Below, piece after piece: positions 42,601 through 54,198 of a stretch of DNA of 64,000 bases. Within the stretch, counting starts at the first letter, position 1, and each line of letters opens with the position of its first letter. Source of the DNA: Cycas panzhihuaensis (Eukaryota; Plantae; Cycadophyta); contig CM041465.1 in the NCBI GenBank assembly GCA_023213395.1, positions 76,825,741-76,889,740 on the forward strand, written 5' to 3'. The notes under the pieces were generated by a model, which was not told the DNA's origin, made no database searches, and saw only the letters and a list, made by a program, of their open reading frames with translations. The position numbers and the translations under genes were made by a program.

Positions 42601-45265
42601 GACCTTTGGGTGCATTGTATATGCACATATCCTAGACGAAAATTGCAAAAAAGTTGGATCACAAGAGTTAGTAGAAGTATATATTTGCGGGGTATTCAGA
42701 TTAGAACAAAGCTTATAGACTATGGGATTTGTAGAGAAGAAACCTTGTGATTAGTCAGGATGCAAGATTTGATGAATCTATGACGTATCATGCTAAAAAG
42801 ACATTGTCTAAAGAGACCTTTTACCCTCCAATACTTCCATTTTTTGTTGGTGCTTCATCATTTGTAGAGGATGAGGAATTAAGCACTGTGATTTAGAGGG
42901 AAGGACCAAGTGGAAAAAATAATGAGGAGTCATGAGTGGAGGCATTAACAACACCGAGTGTTTCGATGTTGTTGTAGGCCAAGAAGACCATTGAAGATTC
43001 TAGTGTGATGCTACAAAATCTTACAGATGAACCAAGAATGAGGAGCTAACAAGCCAATCAAACTCTGGCGATTAACACCATGAACTCCCAAGACCCTGGT
43101 TTGTCTGATGAAACGAATGATGATTATCGTTGGAGGGATGCTATAAAGGAGGAATTTGGTTCCCTAATCAAAAATGCCACATGGGAGTTGGTTCCATTTC
43201 CTCCTAAGAAAAACCTTGTTCGTTGCAAATGGGTCTATAAGACCAAGTTCGATTCCGATGGAGAGGAGGACAAGTAAAAGGCAAGACAATTTGTCCAAGG
43301 GCTTAAGCAGAAAGAAGGGATTGATTATAAAGAGACATTTGCACAAGTCTCTAAGATGACAACAATCCATTTAATCCTTTCACTGGGAGCAAAATATGGT
43401 TGGGGTTACACTAAATGGATGTGAAATCAACATTCCTTAATGGAGAGTTGAAAGAGATCTTACTATTTGGGCTCTCCTATGAAGAATGGTCTTTTTGCTA
43501 CAATTGATAATAAATTGTTCTTTTGGACAATGTATATGTAGAAAGCCTTTTCCTTTGTCCTTCCCTATAGTATAACAACTCCTAATTGATCTATTCTATA
43601 GCATAGATAGCCACACATAATGACATATCATGACCTTTTTAATTAGGATTTCACACTACAGTGTGATCTTGCTCTTTTTAGCTTGATATCGTTAAAGCAT
43701 TCTTGAATTCCAAAGTAGCCCTTTGGTTTCATTAAAGAAGGATAGGAGCATCTTGTGTGCCATTTGAAAAAATCTTGTTATGGCCTGAAGCAAGCACCAC
43801 GTGCTTGGTACACCAAGATTGATGCTAAATTAAAAGAAAAAGGATTTGTTACTATAAATCTGGAGCCAAGTCTATATATTTGAAGGAGAGGAACTTCAAT
43901 AGTAGTTATTGTGTTGTATGTTGATTATCTATTCATTGCTAGCAACTATAATAAAACTATTGTGATAATAAAATCCAATTTGGGAGCGACTTTCAATATA
44001 ACAATCTCGGGGCTCTATACTACTTCTTGAGCATTGAGTTAAGGTAGATGGAAGACCAAATTCTAGTGTCACGAAGAACCTACTTGAGAAATTCAAGATG
44101 GAGGACTACAAACCTATTAGAACACCATATGTGAAAGGCATAAAGCTGTTGAAAGATACGAAGAAACCTGCAATAGATGGAACGTTATATAGACAACTTA
44201 GTAGGAAGCCTCATCTACTCAACTCATACCAGGCTAGATATTGTGTACGTTGTTGGGTTGGTTTTTTGTGCTACATGTAAAATCCCCAAGAAGCACAATG
44301 GGTTGCTTCGAAGAGGATTCTAAGATATGTGAAGGGGACTTTATATGTTGGATTGGAGTACCTTTAGCATGAAGAGACACGACTAGTTGGATATACTGAT
44401 GTTAATTGGGTTAAAGACGTTGATGACCATAAAGTCCACTGTTGCATACATCTTTAGTATTGACAATAGACCTATTTCATGGCAATCCAAGAGACAACAA
44501 ATAGTTGCCTTAGCATCCACTAAGGCAAAGCATCAAGGTCTTTCTACTGGTTTAAGAGAAGTTGTCTAGTTGCAAGGACTACTTGATGTTCTAGCAATAT
44601 ATAGTGGGACACGAGTTATATTAATTGATAATTAAAATACCATCCATTTGTCAAAGAATTTAGAGTTTCATACCTATACAAAGCATATTGAGATCCAACA
44701 CCATTATATTCATGCGCAGATTCAAATAGGAAAGTTATAGATTAAGTACTAATCAAGCAAAGATCAACTTGTGAATGTATTCACAAAGGCACTTAGATTA
44801 ATTCTCAAAGCTTCGAGCCAAGTTGGGATTCGATGAAGTTATCCTTGAGGGGGGATGTATAAAGATAATTCCTACCTTTGCCTGGAGACTTCTAATTGAA
44901 CACTAATTCCCCACATTTCCATTAAGGGAGGGATGTTAGAGTGGCTAAGCGTTAACTACATAGTTAATGTACATGTGGTTTAATTAATGAATTGATTAGT
45001 TGAATGGTCACAATTAACGAAGAGGTGTACCTCTTTAAATGGATGCACCATATGGGTTTGAATAAATACCAAGCCTTAGGTTGGATGTAATATCTCATTA
45101 TAGTGTAATTAATGTAACAACTAATTTGATGTGGTGGATTTTTTCTTGAAAGGGTTTCCTACGTAAAGCCTGTGTACTATGTACATGTGCCTTTTGATGT
45201 TTGCTTGCTATATATGATCAAGATCCTGTAGTTTAGAATACATGCATGTTTCATGTTTCTTCACA
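39603..45265 (+). mobile_element. Ty1/copia element C6 (related to C1); 5' LTR truncated or replaced after ~55 bp
   Basis: 3' LTR at 44934-45265 (TG..CA) follows PPT AAGGGAGGGA. 39603-~39655 matches only the LTR start. TSD GAGGG/GAGGA. LINE sequence flanks both sides. Confidence 0.82.
40637..44840 (+). pseudogene. C6 gag-pol, degenerate; ~250-bp insertion in RT (~43461-43715)
   Basis: NGNNFSEWKANMEL; integrase KSDNGKEY..TPQQNGVVERKN (ORF 42293-42718); RT TWELVPFP..CKWVYK and YGLKQAPRAW; RNase H ISWQSKRQ and KHIEIQHHYI. Confidence 0.9.
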
Positions 45266-45780
45266 GAGGATGATGGTAAAATAGTCCAGACTCTTACGCC
45301 TATGAACATTGAGCCCCCCCAATGAAAAGGGTGAAAAGTAACAAAGGATCCTCCTAATAATAGGGATGTTGGATAGAGTTGCCCTAGCATTGCTGAACTA
45401 GTTGGAGCGAAGGTGGCTAAGCTTGATATCTCTTGGGATCTTTTGTACTTTGAAAGTAAGGCTATTTTGCTTTTTTTTGAATTTTTGTAAGGTGGTCTAG
45501 CCCAATGGCTATGCTTTCTTGCATCATCTAGAGGGATGGAGAGGATGGCAATCTCTCCCCTCATTTTTTTGTTATATAGTATGCAACATTTCCAATTAAT
45601 TGAATCATCCTGTTCAACAAAAACAAAAATTCCTTCTTGTTTACTATATGTTCTTCATCCAAGAGTTTAGTCTACTATGTTACTTTGTCATCAAGGCTCA
45701 AGACTTGCTCTTTGAGCCCTTCGGACTTGAGATACAAATTTAAATTTTGCTTTTTAAGTTTTTGCATTTGCTAAAGATAT

Positions 45781-45953
45781 TGCTTTTATGGAATGCTCTA
45801 CTATGTCTAGATTCCTTATAAAATGTTTGGCTACAACAAAATTCCATGTGGAATGCTCAATTAAGCTTCAAATTTTCTACAAAGTGCTTAGTCAAGTTAC
45901 ACTCTCTATGGAATGCTTTATTTCGATCAAATTCCTTGTGGAGTGCTCAAGAA
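45781..45953. repeat. 30-bp period array (6 units)
   Basis: Core ATTCCTTATGGAATGCTC-like plus ~12 variable bases, at exact 30-bp spacing. Confidence 0.65.
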
Positions 45954-46719
45954 CACTTTGAAGGAAGGGTGGATCTAGGGAATAAATCACTCACATGCAC
46001 ACAATGACAATGGAGAATGAAAAAGAGATGAAACAAGATATGAGAGCAAGCTTGGAGGTGAGAATGAATAATGACTTCCTCCTTGAGATTTCACCTTTTA
46101 TTAATGAGGGTGAGCACTAGGGTTAGGATTGTCCTGCCTAATGTCATGAACCCGAAATTATATCTAAATGCACATAAAGTACATTTCATTAAGAGACTAA
46201 TGTTAATAATATATCCTAAGGTCACATAATTAATCTACACAAATGACCTTGATACATTAACCTCTTTCAATCTCCCCCCTAATGGTGGAAGGTCATTTTG
46301 AGAAAATCTATTCTATGAGGTCTTTATTTGAGCCTCATTATTACATTGAAATTCTAAATGACACTTTTGTGGAAAAACCCTCATGGGGAATAAAAACCCA
46401 CAAACTTTCTAAGATCTATAGCCCCTTTTATAAATTAAAATGGATAAGGTGGCTCTTTGATGTAGCCTGATAGCCAAGCAACTTAAATGTACAACTTAAT
46501 TTGCTGAGTCTCCATATACCGTTTGGTCATCCCCTATGCCCTTTTGGGATTTCACAGGTTCTGATTTTCCAAAACTTGTACAACCCTTATCCTTCTGTGC
46601 CCACATGGGGTTTTCACAAACAAGATAGAGCAGAGACTTACTCTTATTCTTCCGCGCCCATAAGGGGTTTTCACGAAGAGAATAGAGTATGATGATTATG
46701 TTGCCATCTTCTTTGATCA

Positions 46720-49700
46720 GTCAAAGATGGAGGCCCTAAGGCCGAGCTGCCTTCAGAACTATTCAAACTTCACCTTTTGCAGTTGTTTGGTGAAGATATC
46801 GGCCACTTGATCTGCTGTGGGGCAGTAATTTAGTTGAATTGTGCCGTCATGAACAAGTTCTCTAATCCTGTGGACTTTCGTACTTATGTGTTTGATACAA
46901 TTATGAAATACAAGATTTTTCGCCATGCAGATTGCTGATTGATTATCCACATGAAGACTCGTAGGACTAGTTTGGGTGATATTCAATATTTCCAATAATT
47001 TTCTCAGCCATATCACCTCCTTACTGGTCTCAGAAACAACAATGTATTTAGCTTCAGTAGTTGAATCTGCAACTATCTTCTGCCGTTTGGATCTCCATGA
47101 TATTGGTGTTGTTCCAAAAAACGTTACATACCCAGACATAGACGTAGATCTTCCTGTATCTTTATCTCCTGTAAAGTCTAAGTTTGTGTATGCAGAAAGC
47201 TTGAAATCTGAATTAGGTTCAACAACAGACCATATTTTCTAGTCGTCTTAAGGTATCTCAACACTTGCATTGCTGTCTGCCAATGATTCTGCCTAGGATT
47301 TATCATGTAACGAGTAAGAATGCCGACAGAGTGTGCAATATCTGGCCTTGTATTGGTAGTGTAGATGAGACTACCTACAAGTTTCCTATAGAGTGTTGCG
47401 TCTGCCTCCTTAGTGTCACCTTTAGCTGAGAGTTTGGTATTAGGGTCCATAGGTAAAATCACCGGTCGAGCATCTTCTAACTGAAACTTAGTTAGAAGAT
47501 TGTTGATGTATTTTTCTTGGGAGAGGAAAAGTTTTCCATTCTTTTGTGTTACTTCAATTTTCAAATAATATTTCATCAAACTGAGGTCAGACAATTCGAA
47601 CAGTTTACCAAGGTCCTTTTTCAGCTGGCTTATTGCCTGTTCACTATTACCCATTACTAGCATGTCATCCACAAAGGTTATGAGATAAATGACTTTATCC
47701 TTATGGCGCTTGATGAACAATGTTGCATCAATATCTTGGTAGTCACAAACCTCGTATCTAAGTTGCCTCATTCTTTCAGACAACTTGACAAACCAAGCAC
47801 GAGGGGCTTGTTTAAGGCCGTACAAGGACTTTTTGAGCCTGTAAACCTTATGCTCTTGACCTTCGATCTCATATCCTTCTGGCTGAGCCATGTAAATTTC
47901 TTCTTTAAGATCTCCATTGAGAAACGCGATCTTAATATCGAGTTGGTGGATTTTACAACCCTGTTGAGCAGCCAAGGCCACAAGAGTTCTAATTGTAGGC
48001 CACTTGGTTGTATGTGCAAAGATTTCAGTGTAGTCGATGCCTTCCTTTTGCGTAAATCCTTTAGCTACCAACCTCGCCTTGTGTTTTTCAAGGATGCCAT
48101 CTGATCTATATTTATTTTTGAACACCCATTTATTTTGAACTACCTTTCTGCGAAGTGGTAGATCAACGAACTCCCATGTACCGTTCTTGGTAAGAGATTG
48201 GTACTCTTCGTTCATGGCATTTTTCCAAGCTGCATACTTTACAGATTCTTGGTATGTTAAGGGCTCTTCATTAAGAGTAAGGTGCAGTTCTGCAAGTTCA
48301 AGCTCAGTATATAATGATTCCTGCATCCTTGCTCTATGGGCACTTCTAGTGCCAGTTTTTCCCACCTCATCTGATTGTATGTCCTTATTGAGCTAGCGGG
48401 CTTCTCGAGATCCTCGAGTTGGGAATGAGGTCCTCATTTTCTCAACTTCTTGGTTATCATCTTGTTCATTGAAATGATTATTTTGTGAGGAGGATGTTGA
48501 TGCGCCTGAGGAAGATGGTCCTTCTACCACTGTTTTGCCTTTGTCAACTGAAGGTGGAGAGGATGGTTCTTCTATAATGGATTTGCCTTTGTCAACTCTG
48601 TTATCTTCAAAGGATGGTGTTGGATGTGCACTCATCGATTCAGAGTCACAACTTGTATCCTTCGATGCTCTATTGTCAGCGTCCAATATTTGGAGTAAAT
48701 TATGTCTATCCCACCCCCCCCCCCCCCTCAAATTTTGGAATTTGAACATCATACTTGATAACATGATTATAACGACGTGAGGGTACTTTGGAGTCCAGTT
48801 TAAGTAACTGATCCTCTGTATCCATAAAAACGACATCTCTGGTAACAATGATTTTTCGTTGTGAAGGTATAAAGACCTTATACCCTTTCTTATCCATAGG
48901 GTATCCAACAAAGATGCCTTTAAGTGGCCTTGGCTGGAGTTTATTTCGATCTACATCCAGAATGTGGGCATAGCATGTAGAGCCAAAAATTTTGAAGTAG
49001 TGAATAATGGGGGCTTGTCCTGACCACTTTTCATTAGGTTCTTGTCCTTCCTTTGATGGGCTAACATCATTAATACAATAAATAGCTATCTAGATTGCTT
49101 CAGCCCATAGGTAGGCAGGTACATTTTTATATACCAACATAGCCCGAGCCATGTTCATGATTGTCTTGTTCATGCGCTCGGTAACTCCATTTTGTTGTGG
49201 GGTACCCACTACTGTTGTTTGATGCTTGATACCGTTGTCTCGAAGGTAGCTTTCAAACTCATGTGAAGTATATTCGCCACTATTATCAGTTCGAAGACAT
49301 TTGAGTTGATAACCTGACTCTTTTTCAGTGAGGGCTTTGAATTCTTTGAATACACAGAAGTCTTCATCTTTCTTGTATAGAAAAGCTACCCATACTTTTC
49401 TAGTGAAATCATCAATGAAAGAGATATTATATAACCTGCCCTTCAATGAAAGAATGGGCATTGGTCCGCACAGATCAGAGTGTACCAATTGTAATGGATA
49501 GCTCGATTTCCACTGACTTTTGGAAAAGGGTTGTCGATGAGATTTGGCAATGATATAAACTTCACATTTAAAGGGCTTGGAGGAGAACTTTGGAAGATTT
49601 AGAAGAGTGTTAGAAAGATCTCTAAGTCTATCAATATGAACATGGCCCATGTGAGCATGCCAAAGAGCTTCTAGTGACAACGTTGGATGGGTCAAGATGG

Positions 49701-51309
49701 AATTAAATGCAAATTCTTCATCGACACAAGTGCTTTGGGCACAATGGGCTTCAGAAGATGGAGAGCCATTCAATCGAAAGAGTTTGCCAGAGAGATGTCC
49801 AGTCAAAACCACTTGATTAGTTGGAGGGTGAATGACTTGGAAAATCTGGTCATTTGCGGTTACACTCAGATCAAATCCACGAAAGACAAGTGTGGATAAA
49901 GAGAGGAGGTTTTGTTTGAGATTGGTTATGTATAAGACATCAAGCAATGTAAAATCTTTTAAGCCTGGGAGTTTCAGGCAAATGTTACCAATTCCTTCAA
50001 CAGGTTGTTGTGATTTATCAGCCATGTGAACAACTCCTTGAACATTTGAGTCAAATGTCTGATATAGACTGCGATTGCACGTCATATGTTGAATTGCTCC
50101 TGTGTCCATGATCCATTATCCTTCGATTGAAGCCACATTAATTGCAATTCCAATAGGGCTTGGCATTGGAGAAGGGAATTCACAAGTGATATATCCACAT
50201 CGAACTTCAAAGTATCTCTTTGGTTGGTCAATGGCATTTGATGCTGAAGATCCCTCTTTGAAAATGTGCTTGTACAAAACCTGCACCACTAAAGGATTCT
50301 TCACAAGTTTCTTCAACATTGTGAGCTCCATGTTTTGGTTGGAACTTGGCCAACTTATAAGTGGCAATTTTGCAGTCTTTTGCTAAGTGTCCTTTACGGT
50401 TACACCGATCACACATAATAGTTTGATTATTAGTCCCTGAAGAGGTACTGGTTTGGTCTGACTGTCTTGCTTTTTGTTGAGGTGGCCCTTGGCCTTGAGA
50501 CTGTCGAGGCTGTGACTGAGGGTTTGATTAACCTTGTGGATGATTTCCCATATTTCTTCCTCTTCCTCTTGCTCAATTATTTCCTTTGCCACGAGAGGGA
50601 CCTTGATTTTTTTTGTAGCAAACTTCTTCTTCCACCTCAAAGGCTGCATCTGGAAGAGAGTCAGAGACTACAAAGCTGGTATCAAAGGTCTTGTCAATTT
50701 CTATGAACTTCTCGGCAAGTGCTTCGAAGTTGAGTGTCTTCAATGTTCCACTAGATTGAAGATTTCCAATCAAGTTTTTATAATCAGGGATATGTAGACA
50801 TGACTGGATCAAGGATGCCCAAGTGATATATTGAGTCTTAAAGTCTTTATCAATTGCCTGTTTTATTGATCGAAGGAGATTTATTGTCTGAGGAGCTCGT
50901 CTCCTTTGCATTTTAAATTTGTTCATTTTCACAACAAGATGAACAAATTCTGAATCTAACTTGATATCAAAATTCTTCTTAAGAACTTCAAGGACCTTCC
51001 AGGTTGTATCATGTTGCTCTTCGTTTATCAAGTTGTGCAAGGAGTGGTCAATAACTAATAGAATTCCTACACGAATCGTTTCATCATCTATCTCCTATTG
51101 TAGTTTGGTTGTAGCATCTGTAGGAGTTGTTGGGGCGGATCCACCGAAGTAGGTGTTGTAGTTGTTGCTGGTATGATGGGTGTAGGCTGCAAGTGGACTC
51201 TTCAAAGGCCTCCATACTTTGCAACATTTTTAACTCTAGTGTAACATAAATCCCAATTTTCTTTGTCTTTCAATATGCAATTAACATTCTGCTTGAATTG
51301 AGATGACAT
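46720..51309 (-). pseudogene. C7 gag-pol with a few stops and frameshifts
   Basis: ATG at 51309 (MSSQFKQNVN). Zn knuckle CDRCNRKGHLAKDC; protease WIMDTGA; integrase ORF 49090-50109; RT ORF 47178-48365 (FVDDML); RNase H ORF 46759-47139 (ADIFTK). Confidence 0.95.
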
Positions 51310-51696
51310 GGTGATGATGAAGAAGTAGATGAGATGATAGAAGTATGTGCCATTAACAGATGTGGCTAATACACCTAGCGCAACAGGGATGTAGAAATGA
51401 ATGTTATGATAAGAAGCAAGTAATGATTAAGTATTTTTCAATAACTATGAAAAATGAGTATAAGTAATGATGCAAGAATGAAGCCTAATGTAGAGCTGGC
51501 AAAGAGTGGTGATGTGTCATGCCACTAACCTCTCACTTATATCCAAATGTAGGTGAGGTTTCGATGCCTAAGGCTTCTAGTATACAACTAGGGCCTTCAC
51601 CCGCGATACCCGCACCTGCGCTTGGTGATGAAATCCAAGTCACAGTGGAGCCTAGGTACTCCCAGTCCTCACCCAGTTCACTAGTGAGCAGCTATA

Positions 51697-52063
51697 TGTG
51701 ACAATGTTAATGTCACATGGTCATTTCATGAAGTTAGAATTAGATAAAGTCACTTTTATTTTTATAACTTTAGGATAAGGTGACTATGCCTAAGTCACTT
51801 AAGTGAAATGACATAAAGTTCATTTCATTGTAATTTCATGTAATCTCATTTGAATGTCATTGGGAGGGAAAACTCAAATTCCAAACCCTAATGAGCATCC
51901 TCATTATATAAGCTGAAGTTACATGGAGAGTGATCATATTCTACACTTCTCCTCTTTGAGCTCAAGCTATTAGCATTCTCTTGTTGAGTACATTGTGCTT
52001 GCCTCCACTATTTGCCATTGTGTAGTGTTAGTGCACTAGATCCCTAGATCCATTCCCTCAACA
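51697..52063 (+). repeat. 5' LTR of C8 (TATA-like TATATAA near 51905)
   Basis: TG..CA termini; near-identical to 59159-59525. Confidence 0.97.
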
Positions 52064-54198
52064 AGTGGTATCAGAGCCATTGGGTGGATCCTAGTGCCAC
52101 ACTCACTTGCAAGGAGATTGCAAGCTATATTCTCCTCTTCTTCACCATTCATGTGAAGTGAAGAGTTGAGATTTTTTTAAAAAATCCATTTTTTAAAGCT
52201 CTTTTATAGCGATTTTTAGTACAAAATTATATGTTGTTGTACTATCTTATTTCTGCAGATAAGAAGAAGGAGTGTGGCTGCTTAAAAGCAACCTATTTGC
52301 AGGCCTAAAGGAGCACAAGAATTGCTCAGCTGATAGCAATTTTCAGCCATCTTTTTGAGCCCCAAATCTGGCATTTTGGTATATTTTTGGCCATTTTTGC
52401 GATAAAAGTCGATTTCAAGGTTGCAAAGAAGAAATCGGTGACTCTCATCGATTAGAGGCAGATTTTAAAGTATAAAATCAAACCGCATGGCTGCACGGAC
52501 TGTATGGATTTTCGTACAGCGATGATCAGACGGATTTTCGTACAATGCAGACGGCCAAAAATCAAAGTGCCAGAATCGCGAAATTTCACCAAGGTGCGTC
52601 TTGGCATCCTAAGCACTTTTGTCTATTGAGCGGCGTGAGATTTTGAGTTTAAAGGGTCAAACAACCTATTCTTGCAGTCATTTTCCAAATTTAAAAATCT
52701 CGAGATCTACAAATATCAAGAGTTTTTCCTGCTGTAATACATGTTTTGGATCTCCTCGTCCCGATCTATCATTTGGGACAAGTCTCACATGAATCCGACG
52801 CTCCGTTGAAAAGTTATGACAATTTTAGGTTTTCTAGTACATTTTGGTCATGAGTTAAAACTGGCTTTTTGCCTGTTTTGACAAGATTTTTCAAAAATTT
52901 TTGTGTATTTGGAAAGTGCGGTGAAGACCAGAAATCTGGAAATTTTAATTTTTTCAAAAAATTTTGAAATTTGTGCCATATAGCTGACAAGATGGGCAGT
53001 GCAGTCTGCAACAGAGACTTAGTTTGCTGAAAATTTGAATTTTCAGTGTACCTTGTATTTCTCAAATTTTTAGTTTTGTTTTCCTTCCTTTTATAAAAAA
53101 AAAAAAAAAAAAAAAATTATTGTATGTAAAAGGGTTTTTTTAAAGACATTTATAGCCTTTGTGGCTTTTAGAGGCCTATTTTGGCCCTTTTGTAAAAAGA
53201 ACAAGGTACTTAAATCCTTTGTAAAGCCAATCATCTGGATCGGAGCAATATCCGATGATTTGGCTCATCATGTGTATGATTTTAATGGTTGCATGCACTT
53301 GGAGACTTCATTGAGTGCCACTTGGGCACATAGAGTGCCATTTGGGCACTAGGTGGACACGGCAACAACACTTAAGTGGAGCATTTACATTCATTTACAT
53401 TCAGTTTTGAGTTATTTTTACATGACATTCGAGAACAAGAGCACTTTTCTTAAAATCAACTCATCTCGACGACTTTATACCGCCTTGATTCTTGACTTGG
53501 CGCATACCGCCTTTGGTTGAAATAGACCAAGGTTGGTCAAGTCCAGCCCTAAGGGAGGTGTGAGTTTCATACTGGGTCTGGTCATAACCGATATAGTGGT
53601 GGAGGGACAGTTAGCCATACCTACGGCCTCCAATCAGAGATTATCCTGATAACCATCCGGAAAACTGAAAACCCTTAATCAAGATAATTAATTTAGCTGG
53701 GCCAATATCCATCATAGCCGTGGGACATGCACGTACTTCTCTTCAGAGAGTATATCGCAGCTCATTGGTGAACTGGTGAGGACCAAGAAGCACTGGCTCC
53801 ACGTTTACTTGGATTTCATCACCAAGGAGCGGTAAGGGTATCATGGTGAAGGCCATTAACTACGATACTAGAAGCCCCTTAGGCATCGACACCTCACCTA
53901 CTTTGGATACAAGTTAGAGGTTTGGGTTTGTTACACATCCTACATCACTTTGGTTTTCGGTTGTGTGCACCCACATGCCGGCTTCTATATAGGCCTTCTC
54001 ACTTATCTTGATTAGATCACTTACATCACATACTTATTTGTGATCTCTTTGCTTCCACATCTTACATTGCATTACTTCATTATTCCCTGTGCGTCGGAGT
54101 AGACCTCGTCACAAGTGCCAGTGACTCCACCTTCTGCTACTTAGTGCATTTTCATACACATTTATATACATCACTCTTATTCATCTTTTCACACCACC

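Larger units (their letters stand above)
30507..45629 (+). mobile_element. L1-like LINE, decayed, interrupted by C5 and C6
   Basis: Endonuclease *NVRG (~30862), NVYGPN, FTWSN, DHYPI. RT *RPITL and FEKA*DRVEWGF (~32610). Resumes after 37653 (LGIPFG..LSLA; zf-RVT CVLCG..ETFLHPFWWCP near 39030-39085). 3' tail continues after 45265 to an A-rich end near 45617-45629. Possible TSD AAAATTCC; the 5' boundary is tentative. Confidence 0.8.

Noticed and set aside
45781-45953. CRISPR-like repeat-spacer appearance
   Set aside because: Eukaryotic context, degenerate repeats, spacers of only ~12 nt and no cas genes.
50200-50290. Programmed gag-pol frameshift in C7
   Set aside because: The homologous C8 region reads through in frame, so this is most likely a simple mutation.
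46976-50797. Many plus-strand ORFs over C7, and minus-strand ORFs over C8
   Set aside because: Antisense or alternative-frame shadows of gag-pol with no independent motifs.
53470-53930. Hammerhead ribozyme (retrozyme) in the leader
   Set aside because: No CUGANGA...GAAA...UH core with the correct stems could be found by eye.
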